Source: Pelomyxa schiedti (Eukaryota > Protista > Evosea). From it: a stretch of 64,000 nucleotides of DNA. The notes beneath the pieces were generated by a model that worked only from the letters and a program-made list of their open reading frames with translations, made no database searches and was not told the origin of the DNA. The position numbers and the translations under genes were made by a program. The stretch is from positions 1-64,000 of the forward strand of contig JAHLWZ010000854.1 in NCBI GenBank assembly GCA_020536535.1, written 5' to 3'. Every line of letters begins with the position of its first letter. Position 1 is the stretch's first letter. Shown piece after piece: positions 39,985 through 50,355 of the stretch.

Positions 39985-40048
39985 TGCTTGGACTTTTGAT
40001 GACCCCTTTTCGTGGTTAAACTAGGACAAGGTGTCGCTTTTTTCGAAG

Positions 40049-41344
40049 TCAAAAACAGGCAGGTTGCTGTTCGACAGCACTGACATACCAACCACGAGCA
40101 AGGAACTTGACACACGCAACAGGTTTCTCTGATAATGCTTCGATCAGGTACAGATCCCCGCTGAGTGGTATGAGCAGTATGAAACCACCACCTGTGAGAT
40201 AGCTGCAGGGTCCCATATTTGTGACCATCCTGACCATGGAAAGCTCCTTGGTTGTGTCGCTGGCGTCCCAGATCTCAAGTGGCTTATCGGGCCCAGCATG
40301 GATCACGAAGTGCGATGCATCCAGTTGGTGCACCTTCAACAGAGTTGAACTGTATAGTTTCTTGATCACTCCGTTGGGTTGCACAGAATAAAGTGTGGTT
40401 TCATCATCATTGAACGTCTCCACAATAAACACGGTTTTGCCATCTTTATGCTCCAACATAAGACAATGGTCAGAAATATCATCGGGACCAAATACTTCCT
40501 GTGCACAAAAATTGGTCGTGCTCAGGATTTCCATTTTTTTGGTCAGGAACATCTTCTCCACATCAACCACAACAAACTGACCACTGTGTTGATCTTCGCT
40601 GCTCTGTACTATGATCACTGCTTGTGATGGAAAAACAGTGCTGAAGCTCATTACGTTGATTTCAGTATCGCTTCGCGCCCCAACTGGGAAACGGACCGTA
40701 TCATACGCCTCTGTCATCAGGTTTACAATTGTAAATGAAACGCGGTTATCCGTCACTCTGGCTTGCATGTACCACTTCGCGTTCACACAATGATCCACTA
40801 GATCATTTCCGGGCAGCTCCCGACGCACTCCGTTTGCTGTATCCTGAATGTAGTGTCTTCCATATTCGTCGCTCACAAACACGCGGTCTCTGTCGATCCA
40901 AGAAGTCGAACTATTCTCGGCAAACATGTTGCCTATGTCCTCAACAGACACCGCGGTCGTGATTCCCATCAGCAACGGCGAAATTCCGAAGCGTATCAAA
41001 AAGCGCCGCTCCGGCTCCGCCCTGTGTCTTTTCCCTTTTTTCTTCACCCCACCGTCCACGACGACCCACCTTGTGCAAGACACCACGCACGAGTCCCACA
41101 ATTGCCTGGCGACGTTCCCGCCAAACACCCTCGCCGGCGAATTCCTCCCGCACCGCTCCGACTGCGCTGCCAGCATTATGGCAACCATTTGGTCTTGTGC
41201 CCTCACTCCCTCGGCCAGTGTGATGGTCCCAAGCCACCGTGGTCGTTCCGTTGTACTACTAGTTGTTGAACTTCGATTGGTGGCTCTGTTATCGACGTCG
41301 TCTGCCCTCAGTCTTTTCGGTGTCCGTTCAGCTGCCTTCATCAT
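40049..41344 (-). CDS. Intronless lineage-expanded family protein, paralog B
   Basis: 431-aa ORF, tandem with and alignable to paralog A over its full length. Confidence 0.85.
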   Translation of the reverse strand: MMKAAERTPKRLRADDVDNRATNRSSTTSSTTERPRWLGTITLAEGVRAQDQMVAIMLAAQSERCGRNSPARVFGGNVARQLWDSCVVSCTRWVVVDGGVKKKGKRHRAEPERRFLIRFGISPLLMGITTAVSVEDIGNMFAENSSTSWIDRDRVFVSDEYGRHYIQDTANGVRRELPGNDLVDHCVNAKWYMQARVTDNRVSFTIVNLMTEAYDTVRFPVGARSDTEINVMSFSTVFPSQAVIIVQSSEDQHSGQFVVVDVEKMFLTKKMEILSTTNFCAQEVFGPDDISDHCLMLEHKDGKTVFIVETFNDDETTLYSVQPNGVIKKLYSSTLLKVHQLDASHFVIHAGPDKPLEIWDASDTTKELSMVRMVTNMGPCSYLTGGGFILLIPLSGDLYLIEALSEKPVACVKFLARGWYVSAVEQQPACF

Positions 41345-41446
41345 CAGAAAACGAAAACGTTGGCGGTTTCGGCTTCGTCACATTTTGGTTTTTTGATTGC
41401 TTGATGTTTTCAACTGTCAGAAAGTGTCTTCGCTTGTGGAGGTGTC

Positions 41447-43805
41447 ATGGACAAGAAAGAATTGATCGCACAGATAACCTGCCGTTGTTGCTCCTCGTTC
41501 TTCCATGAACCAAGGTTGAACTGCCGTTTTCTTTTCCCAAGTTGACGCCCACAAGGCTCTTGCCGTGCTTGCACACCTTGTGCCTCGACTGTGTCACACG
41601 CTGTTCCTCGCGTACCACAAGCACGACAACCCCGACCGGCGTGTTGCCCACTTTTTCCGTGACGTGCCCCGTGTGCCACTCCCAGGTCAGCGATGTGCCC
41701 TTGTGTGCTTTGTGGGTCAAATAACTCAACAAAAGCAAACGCCAAACAGGCCACAGTCCCACCCGGCGGATTCGCAGTCGACGTCTGGAAGAGCAGCCAG
41801 CTGGATACGCTGGCGCCAATCATAGCAGGTTGCGGGCCACAATCGCCGCCACCAGGCACCACGGCCACTCCCCCGCCCGAGTGTGCCGAGTGCAGGGCTC
41901 ACGACGCCCCGTGGTGGTGCGCGTCGTGCAGCATGTTCTTGTGCAACGACGACATGGCGCACCACTCACGTGCGTGGAGGACGGCTTCTCACAAGGTACT
42001 TCTTGAAAAAAAAAAAAAAAACAATTCCCTCAACCTTATTCACTCCATGCGTGGATGTGGATACAGGTTGTGACGGTGGATCAACTCAGGACACAGACGG
42101 ACGCTGTGTCTCCCATGTCGTACAAACCGGCACTGTGTTACAAGCACCCGCAAGAGGAGCTCCTGTTTTATTGCAACACTGACCACTCGCTGATTTGCCG
42201 TGATTGCACGTGTGCCACTCTCTGTCTTCCTGTGCTTTTACTTAATGGGCGGTATACATCGTTCAGGTTGGACGACCACAAGAACCATGACTTTGTTGTC
42301 TCCATTGACCTGAGCTCCAAATTCAAAGAGAACATTGGTTCACTCTGTTCGATGTTGGTATCGCACTTGGAGAAGGTTTCGCTTTCGAAACTCACTGCAA
42401 TTGTATGTGCCGTCCCTTCTCGTGGGACTTCTTCCATTCTTGTTCAATCTATTAGCCATCCTAAGACAATCAAGGGGTGCTGCAAAAACGCTGAAGAAGT
42501 TCAAGAAAAAGTGGAGTCAGAAATACGAACTGAATTTGCCAAGATTGTTGCTGTTGTCAATGCCAGGGAGGCACAGTTACTCTCGGATCTTAAGGCAATC
42601 ACAGATTCCGCAAAGAAGGTATGTTTCTGCTGTCGGGCCAGAGCCATCACGATGTTTGATGTCCCACTGACAATTTTTACACTTCAAGACATTCCAAGAA
42701 AACATTGAAGGATGCGACAACAAGATGAAGGTTGTACAAGAGGCACAAGAATACACACAACTGGTAACAACGAAGTTCACTGACCTCCAACTTGTGGCTG
42801 TCAATGACACTCTCTCATCTCGCGTGAAAAAACTTTGCACTGACGTTCCAACACCCAATAATTTGAAAGTATCAAGACTTTTCTTCTGTTTGAAAGCTGC
42901 TCACAACCAAACAATAGGTGAGATTTGACTGTGAGTCAGCTGCTATATGTGGAAAAATCTCTTCGTCACTCGGACGTCTTGTTCACAATTCAGCAGCAGC
43001 AGGCACCCTTATTACTGCCAAATCAACACTGATGATGAAGACACTCAAACGACTTGACACATCGATGGTGCCCTCGGTCACACCCCGTATGGCACAGAGG
43101 CTATTTGTTGACAACGCAACTGGGAAAGTGTACTGGGACGGTGGCTTCAACCGTCCACAACTGACAGAGTTTGCAAACATGGCCAGCTTCGTCAACAACA
43201 CCAACCCGAGACAGTTCACACTCAAGGACGTGCCCGCTTTCCCCGAGGGCCCTTACCAGGCCGTGCACAACGGCCACGTGTACTGCACCCCGTTATTCAC
43301 ACCCACGATGACCAAGGTGCGTGTGAGTGACGGGTCAACAGTCGCAACTGCACCACTCCCAAACGCCGGCCACTCCAGCAGCTCAGCGTGGGACAAATGT
43401 TGTTACTCGGACAACTGCTGGTATGTTGATGCAGGGGGTGTGCTGTATGTGGTCCACGCACCACCAGACAACGGCAACATACACATCACGAGGGTGGACC
43501 CTGACAACCTCGCAATCTTGCAGACGTGGGTGGTGCCCCGCGTCAAGAAGACCACTGGCTTTGCATTTGTTGTGTGCGGGAATTTCTACTTTGGCAAGGC
43601 ATCGAACAGCAGGGAGATCGACGGGGTGTTTGACACCACCACCGGTGTTTATGATGACACTTACAGAAACTCACTCCCGACTTCGGGCACGTTCATTCTT
43701 CTGATTTCTTGGATACCATCCACAAACCAGCTCCTCGTCGTCGACTGTCACCCTGAGAACTTCGATAATTGCTACGTTTTCCTGTTTGACGATGTGGCTC
43801 TGTGA
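41447..43805 (+). CDS. TRIM-like RING-B-box-B-box-coiled-coil-olfactomedin protein, copy 3 (apparently intact)
   Basis: Exons join in frame through GT-AG introns at the same positions as copy 2; OLF exon 42918-43805. Confidence 0.85.
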
Positions 43806-43829
43806 GAAAAAAAAAAACCCACAACATTT

Positions 43830-44125
43830 TCCAGTGACCTGGCAGAGTGAAAGACCGTCTGGTGGCCAGTAACGATCATATTAGAAGTGTGAGTGCCTCA
43901 CAAGAGGCACCCTCCACGGTTTATTCAACGGATTGTACTGATAAGGGTATGACTGTAGTCCCATATCTCTGTGTGCGAAGGGAGAATAGTGACTCTAGAC
44001 AGAACGCCAATTTCTGGTCCATTAGGATCTCCTTGGTGATTCCATTGGTTACACAAAACAGACTCTGGTTACCCAAGCTCCCAACTATGAAGAATTTTTG
44101 AACAAAAGATGTCTTCAGCATCTCA
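43830..44125 (-). pseudogene. Decayed C-terminal remnant of another member of the intronless family
   Basis: FFIV...LFCV.NGITKEI...SLFSL, then frameshifted EIWD and F.LPG.W-like pieces with stops, colinear with the C-termini of paralogs A-C. Confidence 0.5.
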
Positions 44126-44174
44126 TGGTTATTTCGCGTTTCTTCAGAGAAATTTTCAGAACATCAAAGTGCAT

Positions 44175-45407
44175 TCAACACATGGAACTCCCGTGTTGGT
44201 ACATACTTTGGATCACCCAACCAGGAGCAAGAAACTGGATGCATGCAACAGTATTCCCCTATGATGCCTCCATCAATTTGAGGCCCTTACCCTCAGACAT
44301 AACAAGCAATATGAATCCACAGCCTGTGAGGTAGTTGTAGCCTGCAGCATTTTGGAGGATCCTGGGTGTGGGCTTCTCCCTGAGAGTGTCAAAGTAGTCC
44401 CATATCTCAAGTGAAGCTCGTTCCCGGCAGTTAATTGAGTAAAGTGACGCACTCACTTGGAATAGGACACTGCCGCTGTAGGTGCATCTGTAAAGTTTCT
44501 TTGCCTCTTGGTTGGGTTGCACAGAAAAAACCCTGGTTTGGGCATAGTTGCAACTCTCTACAATGAATATACTTTCACCAGCTTTGTTCTCCATCACGAG
44601 AAAAGAATCCACTTTTTCATTGTGTACTGGTGGTGGTGAGGCAAAGCTTGTCGTGTGCAGAACTTCCAGTTTTTTCGTCAAGTACATTTGAGCGACATCA
44701 ACAACCACAAACTGACCACGAGTGGGATCCTCCTTGCTCTTGACCATTATCACCGCCTCTGATGGAACAGTGCTGCTGAAGTTCATTGACTTGATTTCAA
44801 CATCAAAAGTGCCGTCGAGAAAGCAGACTGGAGGCTCTTCCTCTCTCTTCAGACTTGCAATAACCAAGGAAACTCCATGATCCTCTGATGTGGCTTGCAA
44901 ATACCACTTCTCGTTTACACAAAAGTTTGGTTCATTGCCCCGAGACAACACCCTATCTTCCCCAGTTGTTGTATCACGGAGGTACCTGTTTCCCATGGCA
45001 TTCACACAGACACGATCCTTGTCAATCCAGCGTGTTGCACCGTAAGCTTCAGCAAAGAGCGCCTCCTGTGGTGCAACAAACACAGCAGTCGCGATTCCCA
45101 TAAGCAAAGGCGAAACCCCAAATCTGGTAATACACCGCGCCCACGGTCCTCCTCCTTTGTTTGCCACCAACGAATCCGAGATGACCCACCTTGTGCAAGA
45201 CACCACGCACGAGTCCCACAATTGCCTGGCGACGTTCCCGCCAAACACCCTCGCCGGCGAATTCCTCCCGCACCGCTCCGACTGCGCTGCCAGCATTATG
45301 GCAGCCATTTGGTCTTGTGCCCTCACTCCCTCGGCCAGTGTGATGGTCCCAAGCCACCGTGGTCGTTCCGCTGTGGTACATGTCGGGGAGGACGTTTCGT
45401 CCCCCAT
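44175..45407 (-). CDS. Intronless family paralog C with a premature TAG at 44259-44261 (truncated by 27 aa or a young pseudogene)
   Basis: After the TAG the frame continues GNTVACIQFLAPGWVI..., matching paralog A GDTVACIQFLAPGWTI, to TGA at 44175. Confidence 0.8.
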
Positions 45408-45500
45408 CAGCTGATTTCCAGGAAGGAATTCCACGCAAAACCAATTCACATTTAAACATTAAAATTATCAGGGACAGGCGTGGTGCTGGGGAAAGTACTA

Positions 45501-46442
45501 CTATTGCACTTCATTTTCGATAGGACGCTCAGTCCCTGATTGGCATCCGTAGCTAAAGAAGTGAGACCTTGTTATGCATAAACGAAATAACAAGGAGTTT
45601 ACATGGTCAAGCCTCTCTTGTGTTCCAGTAATGCGCATCCTCAGCCCACTGGGAGCCACCAAGTTGGTCGCGATCTTCATCTGCGACTCTCGGACCCTGT
45701 GGAATCCGCGCCAAGTCACAGAAGCCACAAACTCCGATGTGAAGCTGCAATCTCCAGAACCGCCTGTTCCTGCAACCAATGCAGTTCCTCGGACGGGCTC
45801 CAGTGTAACCAGCTTATGGGTTTCGCAAGACAGGGCAACAGCAGCCAAAGGGCCGAATATGTCAGCACAAGTGTCAGGGTCTTCAAGCAACCCATAATTG
45901 CGCAGCATCCATGCCACCCTCTCGAACTCGTGGCACTCGGCACCACCAACAGAGCTCCGCCCAAAGTCCACGTCGAATCTCTTTAGCCTCAGCTCAGGTG
46001 GCTCATCGCCGCCACAATCTTCGTCGTCTGGCCAGAAGTCCTCCCCCTCCCAGGGACCATATTCGGCAGTGACTGCAATAGCAACATTGCCCCACCAGGA
46101 TTGCCCCAGGCCGTCTATCTTGACACTGATCACTCTGGCGTTACCATGTGAGTTGTGTAGGGGCTCTTCAGTACAGTCACTTGGATCGGCAGGGTGTATT
46201 GGCTCACGATAGAAGACTGCGTGTGGGAATCCTGAGGATATCCACTGGTACAAAGAGCTCGTGAGGTAACGTGACACAGGCGGTCGAGGCCGGAACCACG
46301 TCGTCGGGTTTGCACGGATCACCTCGTCCCACAATTTGCACACGCGGCGCAGTTGCATCACCCTCCTCGCTTCTTCGTCCAACCTGGCGAGGACATTACA
46401 GACGATAAAGGGGCTCGTCCCTATGGCTGCATCGGTACTCAT
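45501..46442 (-). CDS. Intronless F-box-like protein
   Basis: PFIVCNVLARLD...VMQLRRVCKLWDEVI resembles the F-box motif; probable ATG 46442. Confidence 0.65.
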   Translation of the reverse strand: MSTDAAIGTSPFIVCNVLARLDEEARRVMQLRRVCKLWDEVIRANPTTWFRPRPPVSRYLTSSLYQWISSGFPHAVFYREPIHPADPSDCTEEPLHNSHGNARVISVKIDGLGQSWWGNVAIAVTAEYGPWEGEDFWPDDEDCGGDEPPELRLKRFDVDFGRSSVGGAECHEFERVAWMLRNYGLLEDPDTCADIFGPLAAVALSCETHKLVTLEPVRGTALVAGTGGSGDCSFTSEFVASVTWRGFHRVRESQMKIATNLVAPSGLRMRITGTQERLDHVNSLLFRLCITRSHFFSYGCQSGTERPIENEVQ

Positions 46443-46591
46443 TATCAGAGAATTCAGTCTTCCCGTAACACTGTTCCGCTCCACCCTTTCACAGATCACG
46501 AGATCTCTGTGGTTGCACCTTTTTTTCAGTCCCAATCTAGCTAGAGTCGTTCTGGTGTTGCACAACACGCCGTTTGTTTTTTCACAACAAA

Positions 46592-48418
46592 ATGGGGGCT
46601 AGGCACAGGGGCGTTGTTGGTCTATTGTTGGTCTCTTTGAGTGTAGTGTTGGCTGGTGAGGGTCATTTTTGGCAGCTGACGGACTTGCACCTGGACCCCT
46701 GGTACCAACCTGGTGCCGACGTGGAAACAAAATGTACGTCTTCGCTCCTTTTTGTTTGGCGATTAATAATGCCAACAAAAATAAAAAACCGGCGGCTCTA
46801 ATTTTCCAAATCAATACAAAAGGTAGGAACTTTACAGACACAAGTAATCCTAAGGCGGGGTTGTTTGGGGATTACCATTGCGAATCATCGACTACTTTGC
46901 TTGATTCCTGGCTGGATTTTATGCGGAGGTAGGCATTTCCTCGCATTGCACAGAAGCCTCGAGGTGAGATACTCATTTGGGCATTTCACAGTGAATATGG
47001 TGATGTAGAATATGTCTTCTGGACTGGTGACTCTTCTCCCATGAATGAAAAGTGATTTCCATTTTGGAGAGGTTGAGTGTGAGGCACGGCAATTATTAAT
47101 ACTCCTTTCTACAGTTACCCGCTACCCAGTGACGACCTCCAAATGTCACAACAGCGAGTCTTTGATATTGTGCAAATCCTCACCGACAGTATCCAGTCTA
47201 CATTTGGACCCAACAACTATACCACAATTCTTCCATGTCTTGGAAATCATGAAGTTCGCGTATAAGTGAATATACTGATTTCTAAGCAATCCTTTAGGTG
47301 TGGCGTCCAAGTGTTTTCTATGGTCCAGAAGACAACAGAACCATCAACATACTACATACCATAGGAACTATGTGGGAGGTGTGAGAAACCGGTTTTAGGT
47401 AATAGAACTTATCCTGTGACAGCCATGGTTCCTGGATCAAAACGCCCATGACGACTTTTTCCAATACGGGTTCTACTCATCCCTTATCGAACCAGGGTTG
47501 CGCTTGATAAGTCTCAATACACTATGGTGCGATTCTGGGAATGTCAGATCCTGGGCACACAAGAATGGAGATGGAAATGATGTATGCCTGTAGAACTCCA
47601 GTGTACCTATTGACTCTAACATAGATCATGTTTTCATGGTTGGAAGGAATCCTTGCGCAATCCCTATCTGATGGGGAGGCAGTATGGGTAATTGGGCATG
47701 TTCCAATGAGCGCACCTAATACTATTCCCTATTGTTCTGATCAGTGGAACTCTCTCATCCTTCAATATGCTAGTATCATAAAACTGCAAGTCTATGGTTC
47801 ATATTTGGCCTATAGTTATTCTTGCCCCAACTAGAGTAACATCGCACAGGGCACACTCACTCTGATTTTTACACTGTCTTCAGTGATAAGCTGGGTACAC
47901 CCAAGAATGTACTTTATGTTTGTCCATCTCTTACCCCAGAGTCTTGGCATAAGGTGGAGCGTCGGCTTTCAAGATAATTTGCTCAATACTCTCAGGATGG
48001 TGCAAATCCAGGTGCCCGTATTTACACATATGACAAGGAAACCAAAGAAATCCTCGATTACACACAATACTACTGCAACCTTACCAAAGCAAATGAAGGT
48101 ACAGAACTCCACCCAATTGAGCAACACCAAAATTACCTCTTCAACACTCCGGTTCTTAACCTCTGTACAGAGGGGTTCATAACCTGGGAAGTTGAGTACT
48201 CTGCCCTTAGTGATTACCCTCTCAAGTCACTTGCTCCCAGCGAATGGCAATCACTCACTGATTCCCTGGAGACTGATACTACACTGTTTGAACAAGTCTG
48301 GCAGCACTATCACATTGAACATGCCTCAGAATGTGACGAGGCTTGTAAAGCAGACTTTTTGTGCCAGCTCGAGAAACCCACAGAAAAGCAATATGTGGAA
48401 TGCAAGGAAAAGTCCTAA
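46592..48418 (+). CDS. Acid sphingomyelinase-like metallophosphoesterase (SMPDL3-like)
   Basis: Signal peptide; FWQLTDLHLD; FGDYHC; WTGDSSP; GNHE; IGHVP; GHTH; NPG.RIY. Confidence 0.9.
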
Positions 48419-48488
48419 ACAAAATCTGCATTCAAAAATCACTCCTTTTTTCTTGATTTCCATGAATGACTCGTCATCACATTCCAGG

Positions 48489-49212
48489 GCGTCATCGACG
48501 GCAATTACCAGCAACGAACCTCTAAATCTGTGGTGGTCGTGCCACTGTGCAGAGGAGGTTGGGTACTCCGCATTTTTTTCGTCTCTCAGAGACCAAGGCA
48601 CAATTTCCCCTGTTATCAGGGAGATGAAAAAATGAGGAGTACCCAACCTCCCAGACGAGAGGCTGAACAACACGGAGCTTTGGGCCTGCGCCGCCTCCCT
48701 GAAATGCCCCAGTCCCGAGAGAATGGGGGCAGAGAACTTCGCCGCAGGCCCTTTCAGAAGGTGATGGATTATTCCCATCTGAGAGGGACACACCCCTATG
48801 ACGGAGCATGTTCCCTCCCAGGAGCAGGCAAACTCCCAAGGCTCCCCCCTGGGAGTTGCCTGCGAAAACAGATTTGGAGGGAGTTAACCCAGGGCGCCCC
48901 CCTGGGGCACTCCCTCCTGACATAACTTAGAGTCTGAACAGCAGAGGCTCCCCCTCTGTGTCATGACTCGAAACGAAAGTGGACCAGGCGCCCCCTGGCC
49001 ACAAAATCCCTGTCTCACACACGTTGGTTTTTCTTGCCTGAGCTGCCCACAAGGAGCAACCCAGAGAAAACCTGTGGACAGGGAGCATTGCACGATGGAT
49101 AGGTTGATAGATTGGATAACCGTGACTGCATTTGAGCTCGGTCACAGAAGGTCAAGTACTCCTCGAGGAAAAGAGCTTTCAGGGCAGGCCAATAAGAGAA
49201 CAGTTTTTTTTT
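48489..49212 (+). ncRNA. Candidate large structured non-coding RNA with four C-rich-loop hairpins
   Basis: Dense inverted repeats (48554-48651, 48682-48751, 48824-48863, 48876-48917, 48941-48959, 48979-49002, 49007-49084); closing helix about 48489-48521/49101-49129; plus-strand G-U pairs; T9 run at 49204-49212. Confidence 0.6.
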
Positions 49213-49277
49213 GGTACGGGATTGTGGGAATAAAAACATTTCGTTTTCTGTTCTCCTTTTCCGTCTTGTATCAAATA

Positions 49278-50318
49278 ATGAAGACAATCACCGTGAAGCC
49301 TTTCCGGGTGCAGTTTGCTGTTAGTAGGGAGCCTGTTGTTCTTTGTCCCTTCGAAGTGCCGCCATCGTCAGTTGCCTTGACCGACTCATGGTCTTCGCTT
49401 CCCATGGTTGCAGCCCCCACTGTAGCCTCGCCATCGGCAGTGCCCCTCTTCGACCTCTCATCCCTCCCTGGCCCACTGATTTCGGCCGTCATCGACCAGC
49501 TGGCCTCCTCCCCGCGCGACCTCCTCGCCCTGGGCCGCACCTGCCGCCCGCTGGCCGGCCGCACCCGCTCGCAGGACCTCTGGCGCCGCGTCTTCTCGCA
49601 GGCCCAGAGCGCCCGCGCCTTCTGGCACGAGGAGCAGCGGCGCCCGGCGGAGCCCTGGTTCTGCTTCGTGCTGCGCATGGCCCACGCCCCGCGCCACTCG
49701 CGCCTGCTGCTCGCCGCCCTCTGCATCTGCCCCGGGGGCAGCGGCGTCGCGACCCACCCGCTGGCGGCGAAGGGGTGGCCCGAGGGGCTGCTGGAGAGGC
49801 TGCCGGGGTTTTACTTGTCTGTGCAGCATCCGGTTTGGCCCGATTCTGGGGAGCCCGGAGAGATTACGGGGTTTGAGGATTTGTACAGGACGGCGTATAA
49901 GTAAGGCTTGTTTGTGTGCCACACATCTGTCATCACTGTTTTGGGTGGACTTGTTTAAAGCTTGTGTCTATGGGGAATTGAATGGCCAACTGACTGAAAA
50001 AACCACCAGTTGTGTGCTTCATAAAAAGCGCATAGAGTTTGATTGTATTCTGGAATACATTCTATTTCACGCTGCTGAACGTACTACCTGTGACATCATG
50101 GCCAATTCGCCTGCCAAGGTAAGAACCTTACCCACAAATTATTGACTAACTTTTTGTTACGCACTAAGGAAGAAACCATACAGAAATACCGTACTTTCAG
50201 TACAATGTTGGCTGATGTATGTGCATATCGGAACCGTGTGGAGAATTGTGAGGCAATACAGAATATCGCTGATAGGGTTTTATCCCGAGCCATGGAAAAA
50301 CACCACCTCACGTTTTAG
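49278..50318 (+). CDS. F-box protein
   Basis: LSSLPGPLISAVIDQL...DLLALGRTCRPL...DLWRRVF; short introns after about 49900 and 50118; TAG 50316-50318. Confidence 0.75.
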
Positions 50319-50355
50319 TTGTATAAGAAGAAGGAATAAAATTATATTTGTTCAA

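Noticed and set aside
39212-41396. Long antisense ORFs over the intronless family and other GC-rich genes
   Set aside because: Shadows of GC-rich coding sequence on the opposite strand; their similarity to each other simply mirrors the sense paralogs
4286-43805. Diversity-generating retroelement explaining OLF variability
   Set aside because: No reverse transcriptase or template repeat in the window; differences involve all four bases and indels rather than adenine-only changes
44259-44261. Alternative genetic code (TAG reassigned)
   Set aside because: Other genes in the window end at TAG (for example 251, 29367, 38567, 50318), and long exons lack internal TAGs
48770-48980. Hammerhead or HDV ribozyme, or group I/II intron, within the structured element
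   Set aside because: No correctly placed CUGAnGA/GAAA core, P7 elements or domain V recognisable by eye
48963-49277. N-terminal extension of ORF 48963-49904, and the short ORFs 48326-49145
   Set aside because: No protein-like features, they overlap the hairpin-rich element and a T-rich tract, and ATG 49278 is the more plausible start
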